From the NCBI GenBank assembly GCA_964499365.1, contig CAZCKU010000014.1:27136-91135 (forward strand): a stretch of DNA of 64,000 nt, in the 5' to 3' direction. Position numbers and translations under genes: made by a program. Below the pieces are notes generated by a model. It made no database searches and had not been told where the DNA came from. It saw only the letters and a program-made list of their open reading frames with translations. Positions 17,900-26,577 of the stretch are shown piece by piece (within the stretch, counting starts at the first letter, position 1; every line of letters begins with the position of its first letter). This stretch comes from an uncultured Thermodesulfovibrio sp. (GTDB lineage: Bacteria > Nitrospirota > Thermodesulfovibrionia > Thermodesulfovibrionales > UBA6898).

Positions 17900-19087
17900 T
17901 TATTCAAAATCAGCGTAGATCTCCCCGAAATTTATCCCGGCAATCGTGGTCCGTTCGTACCGCTGCTTGAAGTTCAGCCTGGCCTCATGGAACTCCTGGC
18001 TCGGGCTGCCGTGGCGCAGCGCTGCGGTCGCCTCGATGAAGGCAGCCAGGCTGTCGGAGGCCTTTACCAGTTCCCCGTCACGGGGGTTGTACGCATCCCG
18101 GTTATATGTTGCCGAGATCTCATCGCTGGTCACCTTCTCCTGCCGTTTGTTGAGGGTGACGATACTGTCGAACTCGTTTTCGGTGAAGGTCCGGATCTCG
18201 CGGTCCCAGGTCTTTGGTATGAGCCGGTAGATCTCTTTTTCCATCTGCTCCTTCTCGTATTCCTTGATCAGCATTTCAAGGCCTTCGACAGACCGCTTCA
18301 CCGGGGAGATGATGTCCCTGGTCAGTACCTCCGGCAGGTCGTGAAACAGGCCGGTGAAGTAATTGTTGAAGCACCGTTTTTCACAGGCATTGATTTCGAG
18401 CGAAAACAGGTAGCTCAGGAAGCCCACGAAAAAGGAGTGGCCGATGACCGAAGTCCGGGGGATCCTGTAGAGGTTTGCCCACCGCGACTGGAAGCGCAGC
18501 TGTCCGCAGAGGTCGATGAAGTCGCGGTATTTCTTGTGCCGCCGCAGCTGGACCATGCCCGCGAGGTCGCGGTAGAGGTCCTGTTTCTGCTCCAGGCCTT
18601 TCTTTATGGAGGCGATCTCGTAGCCTTTCGGCGTCATCCGCTCGATGATGCCGAATTCCCATTTGGTCGCATAGAGGTGGGCAGCACTCAGGATCCTCCT
18701 GTTGAGATTCGTGCGATCGTCCCTGAAATAATCGCGGAACCTGCTGCAGAAGGCTTCTCCCAGGGGCGAGATGATTGGCTCGAGTTCCCGGTAGATCCAG
18801 TCATTCAGCTCACGGTACTTTGCCCGGTCTGCCTTTATCTTGTAAAAGATGGGGGGTTTGAGGTCGGTTATGACGAGCCGCTGCAGCAACTCGAAGATGC
18901 TCCCTTCGATCAGGGCGGTCCAGCTGAAGCCCCGCGTGTCTTCGTCGAATTTGCCGAGAAAGTAGGCAATGAACATCTTGTGCGCCTGCTTGTCCAGTTC
19001 CGCGAGTTCGACCGGCCGGATCTTGTCGTTCCAGCGCTGCATATAGGCGGCGTCAAACACCTTCATCAGGAGTGATTTTCGTATCAT
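17900..19087 (-). CDS. HD-domain phosphohydrolase (YfbR-like, with a degenerate N-terminal HD-like half)
   Basis: C-terminal half: RIPRTSVIGHSFFV...LFHDLPEVLTRDIISPVK gives the H...HD...D pattern of YfbR-type nucleotidases. The N-terminal half starts with YfbR-like MQRWNDK but lacks the HD pair. Confidence 0.65.
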   Translation of the reverse strand: MIRKSLLMKVFDAAYMQRWNDKIRPVELAELDKQAHKMFIAYFLGKFDEDTRGFSWTALIEGSIFELLQRLVITDLKPPIFYKIKADRAKYRELNDWIYRELEPIISPLGEAFCSRFRDYFRDDRTNLNRRILSAAHLYATKWEFGIIERMTPKGYEIASIKKGLEQKQDLYRDLAGMVQLRRHKKYRDFIDLCGQLRFQSRWANLYRIPRTSVIGHSFFVGFLSYLFSLEINACEKRCFNNYFTGLFHDLPEVLTRDIISPVKRSVEGLEMLIKEYEKEQMEKEIYRLIPKTWDREIRTFTENEFDSIVTLNKRQEKVTSDEISATYNRDAYNPRDGELVKASDSLAAFIEATAALRHGSPSQEFHEARLNFKQRYERTTIAGINFGEIYADFE

Positions 19088-19152
19088 GTTCTTGTTCTGG
19101 CGCTCCTTCCCGGGATATCAGGAATCTGCGGACGGAAAAGGACAGCGGTCCG

Positions 19153-19413
19153 TCAGGCGAAATACTTCTTGATTTCAGCCTCGATCATGCTGTGGGGCAC
19201 CAGGAAGGGCTTCTCGGTGATCGTAAACCTGATCTCGTCTGCGGAAAGGCGGCAGTATTCCCCCTTGATCGGTCCGAGGACCGAGTGGCCGCTGAAACGG
19301 CCTGCATCCTTGTCTCCCTCGAAGCTCCCCCCGTTGCTGGTTATCGCCGAGGCGGTGTGATCGAGGAGTGCGGCCCCCTCGCCGGTTACTTTTACGGTGA
19401 ACGAATGTGACAT
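19153..19413 (-). CDS. small hypothetical protein
   Basis: 86-aa ORF directly upstream of the HD gene on the same strand. Weak resemblance to PHA-granule-region-type small proteins in the C-terminal ...IEAEIKKYF. Confidence 0.4.
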   Translation of the reverse strand: MSHSFTVKVTGEGAALLDHTASAITSNGGSFEGDKDAGRFSGHSVLGPIKGEYCRLSADEIRFTITEKPFLVPHSMIEAEIKKYFA

Positions 19414-19551
19414 CAGGTATCAGCTCCCCCCGGTGAATTTGGTTCGTTGTATTATACACCAAGATCCGGGCAGCAGGCAGCAGTTTTACCTGCTGCATTC
19501 AGAAGCGTATTCCTTGGTAGCCGGCAAATATATACATGAAACATTCTGCTG

Positions 19552-19583
19552 TGTCATTCCACGACCTGATCGGGGAATCCAGG
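19552..19583. repeat. second (inverted) copy of the 32-nt repeat arm
   Basis: TGTCATTCCACGACCTGATCGGGGAATCCAGG matches the reverse complement of 16374-16405 at 31 of 32 positions. Confidence 0.75.
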
Positions 19584-19738
19584 TGTTTCAATCTGAATGT
19601 TAGCCTCCTGATACCTTTCTTGCCGGGGAGACTGCTGTTGAGACAGGATAACCGCTGCGGGCGCCTGAAAAAAACTGAGGCTATCAGGGTTGCGCACCCT
19701 GACAGCCTCTCATCTATGACACGTACTGCCTGTTGTTA

Positions 19739-19815
<77 letters not shown>

Positions 19816-19946
19816 TCATGGTAAAGTGTATATTAACCTATGACGTCATGCCTTGTCAAATCGGCGCTACTTCCGGAGCTGACCTTAAACAAAGGGAGCC
19901 GGAGGCTGCCGTTTTGTGCGTGCGCGTAACATATATGTCAGGATTA

Positions 19947-21101
19947 TCACGACGGGCAGAGCGGGCCCTCCGGTGAGAGGGCCGAGTTCCTGATGCCCGC
20001 GATGCGGTAGGCGAGAAGCTGGAGCGGGACGACGGTAACGAAGGGAGAGAGTGCGGGGTGGGCCGACGGGACGATAATGACATCGTCCGCCATGCCGTGC
20101 ATCAATGCCGGGGAGTCGGTGATGACCACAACCCTGCCCCCCATTGTCTTTACCCGGGTTATGTCGCGCAGTATATCGTTGTCGAGGCTTTCGATGGGAC
20201 AGAGATAGATGACCGGGGCCCCGTCACCGATGAGGGCCAGGGGGCCGAATTTCATCTGGCCTGTCGGATATCCCTCGGCATGAATATTGGACAACTCCTT
20301 CATCTTGAGCGCCCCTTCGACCGCTACCGGGTAGTTGATGCCCCTTCCGAGATAAACGAATCCCCTGGAATGGAGGAGCGATCCGGCTATCTCGGTGATC
20401 TTCCGGTCATTCTCGAGGACCCGCGCGATGAGCGCCGGCAGATTGAAGAGCAGTGATCTGAGTGTATCGACTTCGATTTCGTGCAGGGTGCGTTTCTTTA
20501 TGCCCAGCGCAATGCCGAGCAGGCAGAGGGCCGCCATTTGCGCCGAGAAGGCCTTTGTTGATGCCCCTCCTCTTTCCTGCCCTGCCCGGGTGCGCAGCAC
20601 GGAGTCTGCCTCACGTGTTGCGGTGCTGCCGGCGACATTGCTGACCGCAATGACGTGAGCGCCTTTTTTGCGGGCGTCGCGCTGTGCCTCGACCGTGTCG
20701 GCGGTCTCTCCTGACTGGCTTATCGCAACGACACAGGTACCCTTGGTGATGTTGGGCTTCATGTAGCCGTATTCCGAGGCGATATCAACGATCACCGGTA
20801 TATGGACAAATTTTTCTATGATATATCTTCCGACGAGCCCCGCATGATAGGAGGTCCCGCAGCCCACGATGTGCAGTCTCCGGATGTTGTTGACCCCGTG
20901 CTGCAGGCCGAGCTCTTTCAGGAGGCCCTCGGGGTTGTCGATCCATTCCATGAGCGTGTCTCTCACCGCCCGGGGCTGCTCGAATATTTCTCCCAGCAGG
21001 AAGCCCCCCGGCTCGTCTCCTTTGCAGACCGGGAAGGTTCCCCCGGTCCGCTTGAAGCTTGCGGGCGCTGTTCCGTACTCCGGCAGGCGTACATTATCCA
21101 T
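19947..21101 (-). CDS. tandem-SIS sugar-phosphate isomerase/deaminase; glmS isomerase-domain paralog without the glutaminase domain
   Basis: Aligns with the C-terminal two thirds of the adjacent GlmS (EIFEQPRAV..., GCGTSYHAG, SQSGETADT, FVTVVPLQLLAY). It lacks the MCGI Ntn domain and the KSVTVE tail. Confidence 0.75.
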   Translation of the reverse strand: MDNVRLPEYGTAPASFKRTGGTFPVCKGDEPGGFLLGEIFEQPRAVRDTLMEWIDNPEGLLKELGLQHGVNNIRRLHIVGCGTSYHAGLVGRYIIEKFVHIPVIVDIASEYGYMKPNITKGTCVVAISQSGETADTVEAQRDARKKGAHVIAVSNVAGSTATREADSVLRTRAGQERGGASTKAFSAQMAALCLLGIALGIKKRTLHEIEVDTLRSLLFNLPALIARVLENDRKITEIAGSLLHSRGFVYLGRGINYPVAVEGALKMKELSNIHAEGYPTGQMKFGPLALIGDGAPVIYLCPIESLDNDILRDITRVKTMGGRVVVITDSPALMHGMADDVIIVPSAHPALSPFVTVVPLQLLAYRIAGIRNSALSPEGPLCPS

Positions 21102-21166
21102 GGCAGTCCCTTCCGGCCGGATTCACCGGTACGGCGGTGATTGCGCTGCGACGTCCTGAGCTCTTC

Positions 21167-22996
21167 TTATTCAACGGTAACGCTCTTCGCAAGGTTTCTG
21201 GGTTTATCGACATCGCATTGCTTCAGCACTGCTATGTGATAGGCAAGCAGCTGCAGCGGCACCACCGTTACGAACGGCAGAAACAGCGGATGCGTCGCAG
21301 GGAATGCGATGATATCGTCGGTCTTATGGGACAGGGCATCCGGCTCGTCGGTGATCGCGATGACTCTGGCGCCCCGGGCCCTGACCTCCTCGATGTTTGA
21401 GAGGATCTTGTCGAAATGACAGGTCATCGGGGCAATCGCCACGACCGGCATTCCCTCCTCGATTAGGGCAATGGAGCCGTGTTTCATTTCGCCCCCCGGA
21501 TAGCCCTCGGCGTGGATATACGATATCTCTTTGAGTTTCAGCGCCCCCTCGAGCGCTATCGGATAGTTGATCCCCCTGCCGAGGTAGAGAAAATCTTTCG
21601 CATTGACCAGTGTTGCGGCAAGTTTCTGAATCCCGGCACTCTTCTTCAGGACCTTGTCGATCAGCTCCGGAATCGAGTGAAGCTGGTTCAGCAGGACCTT
21701 CAGGTCGCCGTTCATCAGAAGCCCCCGGTGCGAAGCGAGGCCTATGGCGAGCAGGCAGAGGGCTGCTACCTGTGAGGTGAACGCCTTTGTCGAGGCCACC
21801 CCTATCTCGGGTCCGGCCCTGGTGTAGAGCACGACGTCAGCCTCCCTCGCCGCGGTACTGCCGACGACGTTGCAGATCGTCATGGTCTTTGCACCCCGGC
21901 TTTTGGCCTCTTTCTGTGCCGCCAGCGTATCGGCTGTTTCGCCCGACTGGGTGATTGATATGAAAATGGTATCGTGCTCGATGATCGGCTGCATGTAGCG
22001 GTATTCGGAGGCGATCTCGACCGATACGGGGATGCGGGTGAGTTCCTCGATGATGCAGCGCCCGATCAGGGCTGCGTGGTACGAGGTGCCGCAGGCCACG
22101 ATATGGAGCCTCCGGAGGCCGAAGGTGTTCCTGACCGTCAGCTTCAGGTTTTCGAACAGCTTCTCTGAACAGTCGTTCCACTCATTGAGAGTGTCGGCTA
22201 TTGCGCGGGGCTGTTCATAGATCTCCTTGAGCATGAAATGGTCGTACCCGTCCTTCTCTGCCATGGAGGCTGTCCAGTCGACCTCTACTATTGAAGGTTC
22301 TTTCAACGGAGTTTCGTGACTGCCGAAGTTATGGATATCGATTTTCTTTGCCGTCAGCGCGCAGATCTGACCGTCTTCGAGAAAGACGAATTTCTTTGTA
22401 TGGTTCAGGATCGCGGGGATATCGGAGGCGAAGAAGAACTCTCCGTCGCCATAGCCGACCACGAGCGGACTCCCTTTTTTTGCTGCGTAGAGGATCGACG
22501 GGTCGCTGTCGCTCATAATGCCGAGGGCAAAGGAGCCCCGCAGACTCGATATCGTCTCGACGATCGACTCATAGAGCGGCAGACCGCTCTTCATATTCCT
22601 CGATATGAGGTGCGGTATCACCTCGGTGTCGGTCTCGGAACTGAAGGTATGCCCTGCCGTGATCAGCTCTGCCTTGAGTTCACGATAATTTTCGATGATG
22701 CCGTTGTGTACAACGGCAACACCATCCACGCAGTGGGGGTGGGCATTGACGGTCGAGGGGGCCCCATGGGTTGCCCACCGCGTATGCCCGATGCCGACCG
22801 TGGCGTGGTCATAGGGAAGGGGGACGATGCCCTCGAGTTCATTGATTTTCCCCTTGGTTTTGTAAATTTCCATGCCCTTGCCGTTCCGGTAGGCTATGCC
22901 TGAAGAATCGTACCCGCGGTACTCAAGCCTCTTCATACCGTCGAGCAGAATGGGCAGCGCATTATGATGACCGATGTATCCTACTATTCCGCACAT
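21167..22996 (-). CDS. glmS: glutamine--fructose-6-phosphate aminotransferase
   Basis: Track ORF trimmed to the ATG at 22994-22996 so that the catalytic Cys follows Met (MCGIVGYIG), with an AGAGGAGG RBS. Ends in the canonical KPRNLAKSVTVE. Confidence 0.95.
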   Translation of the reverse strand: MCGIVGYIGHHNALPILLDGMKRLEYRGYDSSGIAYRNGKGMEIYKTKGKINELEGIVPLPYDHATVGIGHTRWATHGAPSTVNAHPHCVDGVAVVHNGIIENYRELKAELITAGHTFSSETDTEVIPHLISRNMKSGLPLYESIVETISSLRGSFALGIMSDSDPSILYAAKKGSPLVVGYGDGEFFFASDIPAILNHTKKFVFLEDGQICALTAKKIDIHNFGSHETPLKEPSIVEVDWTASMAEKDGYDHFMLKEIYEQPRAIADTLNEWNDCSEKLFENLKLTVRNTFGLRRLHIVACGTSYHAALIGRCIIEELTRIPVSVEIASEYRYMQPIIEHDTIFISITQSGETADTLAAQKEAKSRGAKTMTICNVVGSTAAREADVVLYTRAGPEIGVASTKAFTSQVAALCLLAIGLASHRGLLMNGDLKVLLNQLHSIPELIDKVLKKSAGIQKLAATLVNAKDFLYLGRGINYPIALEGALKLKEISYIHAEGYPGGEMKHGSIALIEEGMPVVAIAPMTCHFDKILSNIEEVRARGARVIAITDEPDALSHKTDDIIAFPATHPLFLPFVTVVPLQLLAYHIAVLKQCDVDKPRNLAKSVTVE

Positions 22997-23114
22997 GTCG
23001 CGCCTCCTCTCTGCGGATAAGCCAATGAATGATACGCCCGTTTGCGTTCTATGTATTAGATCAAGCAAAAAACATACCCGAATATACATTATCAGATGAT
23101 CTTATAACTTCCGC

Positions 23115-23142
23115 TTGACTTGAGCTTAATCTGGTCTATACT
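23115..23142 (+). promoter_or_regulatory. candidate sigma-70 promoter for the kinase/regulator operon
   Basis: TTGACT (23115-23120), 16-nt spacer, TATACT (23137-23142), in the divergent glmS/kinase intergenic region. Confidence 0.4.
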
Positions 23143-23252
23143 GAAATTAAGAAGTCTGCGTTAAAGATTTTTAATTGACCGCATGGGGCATGTCTTATGT
23201 ATTGGGCCGCTGGTGGGGACCGCTCATACAACAGATGACCCAGGAGGATAAA

Positions 23253-24275
23253 ATGGCAGAGGGATATTCGTTTACGGTCGACAAAAGGGCCAGGATCGTC
23301 TCCTGGGGTGAGCAGCTTGGTGAGATGATGGGAAAAACGGCTGCTGATACTGTCGGCAAGGCTTATCACAGGGTGTTTCCGCGGTTGCTGTCAGACGGGC
23401 AGGATGCCCTGTCGCTCTCCCTGTCCACCAACGAAAAAAGGCTCCTGAAGTCCTATTCCCTGAAATGTCCCTATGACTCGATGAAGGCCGATGTCCGGAT
23501 TGATCCGGTGGCGGAGACGAATAAGCGGTCCAAGGTCAGTGTGCGGGGCGCTGACGTATCCATATCCAATATTGTCTGCCCCGTGCTCCAGAACACCGGC
23601 AGCACCCAGCGCTTTAACGAGCTCGGCAAGATAGCGTCAACCCTCGCGCATGGCGTCCGGAACCCCTTAAACGCGATGAAGGGGGCGGTCCTGTATCTCG
23701 GCGAAAAATATCCGTCAGAACCTACTCTTGCGGAGTTTGCGGCGATCATGGAGGATGAGATACGGCGGTTCGACGGCTTTATTTCGCGGTTTCTGAGCAC
23801 CTCGGTCTCCGATATGGAATCGTCCCTGATCGACATCAATTCCCTGCTGAAAAAGATACAGATCCTGACTTCGTACCAGACCCGGTTTTACCATATCAGG
23901 AACGTGTATGAGCTGGGGGACATTCCGGCCGTCATGGCCAATGCCTTTCATCTCGAACATGCGATTCTGAACGTCATCAACAATGCCCTGGAGGTCATGC
24001 ACGGAGGGGGCAAGCTCACCGTAAAGACCGGTCTGGAACAGTGTTCCGACGGTGCGTATATCGTGATCGAGATCTCGGATACCGGGCCGGGGATATCTGC
24101 GACCCAAACGGGCCAATGCGTTGCGGCCGAAAAAAAGGGCCGGGGATTCGGCCTTCTGATAACCAGCGAATTATTGAGATGCTACGGCGGGAACCTTGAT
24201 ATCAAAGAGAAAAAAGGTAAGGGGACCGTCGCCAGACTTTATCTGTGTGCTGACAACCGTGGAGGTGCCTTATGA
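23253..24275 (+). CDS. soluble NtrB-like histidine kinase (PAS-like, HisKA, HATPase_c)
   Basis: Start moved to the ATG at 23253, behind AGGAGG (MAEGYSF...). H-box ASTLAHGVRNPLNAMKGA; N-box NVINNALEV; G-boxes DTGPGI and GRGFGL. Confidence 0.8.
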   Translation: MAEGYSFTVDKRARIVSWGEQLGEMMGKTAADTVGKAYHRVFPRLLSDGQDALSLSLSTNEKRLLKSYSLKCPYDSMKADVRIDPVAETNKRSKVSVRGADVSISNIVCPVLQNTGSTQRFNELGKIASTLAHGVRNPLNAMKGAVLYLGEKYPSEPTLAEFAAIMEDEIRRFDGFISRFLSTSVSDMESSLIDINSLLKKIQILTSYQTRFYHIRNVYELGDIPAVMANAFHLEHAILNVINNALEVMHGGGKLTVKTGLEQCSDGAYIVIEISDTGPGISATQTGQCVAAEKKGRGFGLLITSELLRCYGGNLDIKEKKGKGTVARLYLCADNRGGAL

Positions 24276-25687
24276 ACCGCAAGGGAGATATTCTGATCGT
24301 GGACGACCAGCCGAACGCCCTGAAAGTGCTGTCTGCGATACTTTCGGAGGAAGGGTATGACGTGCTTTTGTCCGAAAATGTCGACAAGGCCGAGCAGATG
24401 ATATATCAAAGACCGGTGGACGCGGTCATTACCGATATCATGATGCCGGGGAAGGACGGAATGCAGTTCTTCGATTATATCAACGCGCATCATCCGGATA
24501 TCCCGGTGATCTTTCTTACTGCCTACGGCACGGTCGAATCCGCGGTAGCGGCGATGACGCGCGGGGCCTTTCATTATTTCATGAAACCCCCGAATTATCA
24601 GACGCTCAAGAGCGTTGTTGCCAAGGCGGTGGAGCGGCGCGCCGTGAAAAGGGATGCCATACCCCGCAGCACGGCCGCCGGTACCGAGCGTCTGTCGCAT
24701 ATCATCGGCAAGACGCCGGAGATGCGCAAGCTTTACGAAACGATCGATGCCGTAAAGTGCTCGTCCAGCAACATCCATATCTGCGGAGAGACCGGGACAG
24801 GGAAGGAACTGGTTGCGCGGGCGGTCCATGACACCGGACACGCTGCCGGCAAGCCGTTCATCGCGGTCAATTGTGCGGCCATACCGCGGGAGCTGATCGA
24901 GGTGGAGCTGTTCGGGTGCGAAAAGGGCGCCTTTACCGGTGCGGTTGCCCGCAGGACCGGCAAGTTCGAGGAGGCCGCGGACGGGGTGATCTTCCTGGAC
25001 GAGATCGGTGAACTGGACCAGTCCATGCAGGCGAAGCTGCTGCGGGTGCTCCAGGAGCGCGAGATCGAGAGGATCGGCTGCAACAGGAAGATCAAGGTGG
25101 CGTTCAGACTCATTTCAGCCACCAACTGCGACCTGGCTGAAGAGGTGAAAAAGGGCCGCTTCAGGGAAGACCTCTATTACCGCATCAACGTGATCGAGAT
25201 TAAGGTGCCGCCGCTGCGGGACAGGAAAGACGATATCCCGCTGCTGGCCGATGCCTTTCTCAGGGAATTCTGCTCGCGTGAGCAGAAGAAGCTCGCCTTT
25301 TCTGCTGATGTCATCGAGGCGTTTCGGGAATATCCCTGGCCGGGGAATATTCGCCAGCTGAGAAATGTTATAGAGCGGGCAGTTGTACTGAATACCAGCG
25401 GGGGCATTACCCTGACGGACCTGCCGGGCGACTTTCATGTGAGCGCTCAGATCCATGACACGGTCGTTGCCTCGGGAAAGACGCTGCGGGAGGTGGAGAT
25501 GCAGGCGATCAGGCAGGCGCTCCTGGCGTGTAACGGCAATAAATCCAAGGCTGCCAAGCTACTGAAGATATCCCGGAAGGCACTCTACAAGAGACTCGAT
25601 GATGAGTTGCAGCTGACGCAGGCCGGTCATCCTGCGGACATTGAAGCGGTCGTCGATACTGTGTCGAAGAGAAACATGTGTTTCTGA
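24272..25687 (+). CDS. sigma-54-dependent response regulator (NtrC family: REC, AAA+, Fis-type HTH)
   Basis: ILIVDDQ...VITDIMMPG receiver; GETGTGKE Walker A; GAFTGA sigma-54 contact loop; C-terminal NKSKAAKLLKISRKALYKRL HTH. ATGA overlap with the kinase gene. Confidence 0.9.
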   Translation: MNRKGDILIVDDQPNALKVLSAILSEEGYDVLLSENVDKAEQMIYQRPVDAVITDIMMPGKDGMQFFDYINAHHPDIPVIFLTAYGTVESAVAAMTRGAFHYFMKPPNYQTLKSVVAKAVERRAVKRDAIPRSTAAGTERLSHIIGKTPEMRKLYETIDAVKCSSSNIHICGETGTGKELVARAVHDTGHAAGKPFIAVNCAAIPRELIEVELFGCEKGAFTGAVARRTGKFEEAADGVIFLDEIGELDQSMQAKLLRVLQEREIERIGCNRKIKVAFRLISATNCDLAEEVKKGRFREDLYYRINVIEIKVPPLRDRKDDIPLLADAFLREFCSREQKKLAFSADVIEAFREYPWPGNIRQLRNVIERAVVLNTSGGITLTDLPGDFHVSAQIHDTVVASGKTLREVEMQAIRQALLACNGNKSKAAKLLKISRKALYKRLDDELQLTQAGHPADIEAVVDTVSKRNMCF

Positions 25688-25887
25688 GATATGTTTCCAT
25701 TCGTGACAGATAGATCAAACCCCCTGCGCTGACACCTCCGGGGCGGCGCAGGGCCTCTCCTGAACCTGCCGTAAAGAAAGCTGTTCTCCTCAATTCTTCA
25801 CTGTATGTCCCATCATAGTGGCTTTATTACGCCTTCCGTCTGCCACAGGCGCCGGATCTGAAGGAGTTCTCTGCAGAAAGCCGGCAG

Positions 25888-25903
25888 TGGTATGGTTATT
25901 GCT
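25888..25903 (+). promoter_or_regulatory. sigma-54 (-24/-12) promoter candidate
   Basis: TGGTAT-GGTTA-TTGCT fits TGGCAC-N5-TTGCW with exact GG-N10-GC spacing. It lies ~27 nt upstream of the NusG-paralog ATG and 200 nt downstream of the NtrC-type gene. Confidence 0.6.
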
Positions 25904-25929
25904 TTTTACAGAGATTGGAAAGGTGAGGA

Positions 25930-26427
25930 ATGATGAACTGGTACGCGGCATATGTGAAATCGAACCATGAGTTTGTGGTACATGCTGAGCTGGCGAGAAA
26001 GAGCATCGATACCTTTCTGCCGACCGTGAAAAAGGTGAGGCAGTGGAAAGACAGAAAAAAGTCGATCGACTTCCCGGTCTTTCCCGGATACCTCTTTGTC
26101 CAGGTAAACCCGTCGCCCGAAGATTTCCTGAGCGTGCTGAAGACCCGGGGAGTGATCAATCTCCTCTCGGCCCAGGCAGGCTACCCGACGCCGGTCTCCC
26201 CTGAAGAGATAGACGCGCTGAAACTCCTCGTGCAGAGCGGCACCGACTTTGATGTGTATCCGCATCTGAAAGAAGGGACACGGGTCAGGGTCAGGAAGGG
26301 GCCGCTTGAAGGCGCGGAGGGCGTGCTGGCCAGGAAGGACACGCAGTGTCTGTTCATGGTCAACGTGGAACTGCTGGGCAGGAGCATCGGGGTCAGCCTT
26401 TACGCCGATGCCCTTGAGGAAGTATAG
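25930..26427 (+). CDS. NusG-family paralog (RfaH/UpxY-like operon-specific antiterminator)
   Basis: NGN domain WYAAYVKSNHEFVVHAEL...FPGYLFV, plus KOW GTRVRVRKGPLEGAEGVL. Located at the head of a 37-kb co-directional polysaccharide locus. Confidence 0.8.
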   Translation: MMNWYAAYVKSNHEFVVHAELARKSIDTFLPTVKKVRQWKDRKKSIDFPVFPGYLFVQVNPSPEDFLSVLKTRGVINLLSAQAGYPTPVSPEEIDALKLLVQSGTDFDVYPHLKEGTRVRVRKGPLEGAEGVLARKDTQCLFMVNVELLGRSIGVSLYADALEEV

Positions 26428-26577
26428 GCGTGGACGCACGGGTAAGGGCGGCTAGCGGACGTTGATCAGTACAGCAGCAATGGTCGGACGTTGAGCGACA
26501 GGCTGTTGAAGGTTTGATAATTCTGTCCCCCGGTACACTCTGTGACCGGGAAAGCGGAGCAGTGTCAAGGTGATACC

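Noticed and set aside
22997-23114. Possible glmS ribozyme in the glmS 5' leader
   Set aside because: I read the minus-strand leader and found none of the conserved glmS ribozyme core segments. The region is AT-rich and looks like a plain promoter/RBS region shared with the divergent kinase operon.
25722-25753. Hairpin CCCTGCGC...GCGCAGGG after the first EBP gene as an intrinsic terminator
   Set aside because: It has an 8-bp stem but a 16-nt loop and no T-tract. This is too weak to annotate.
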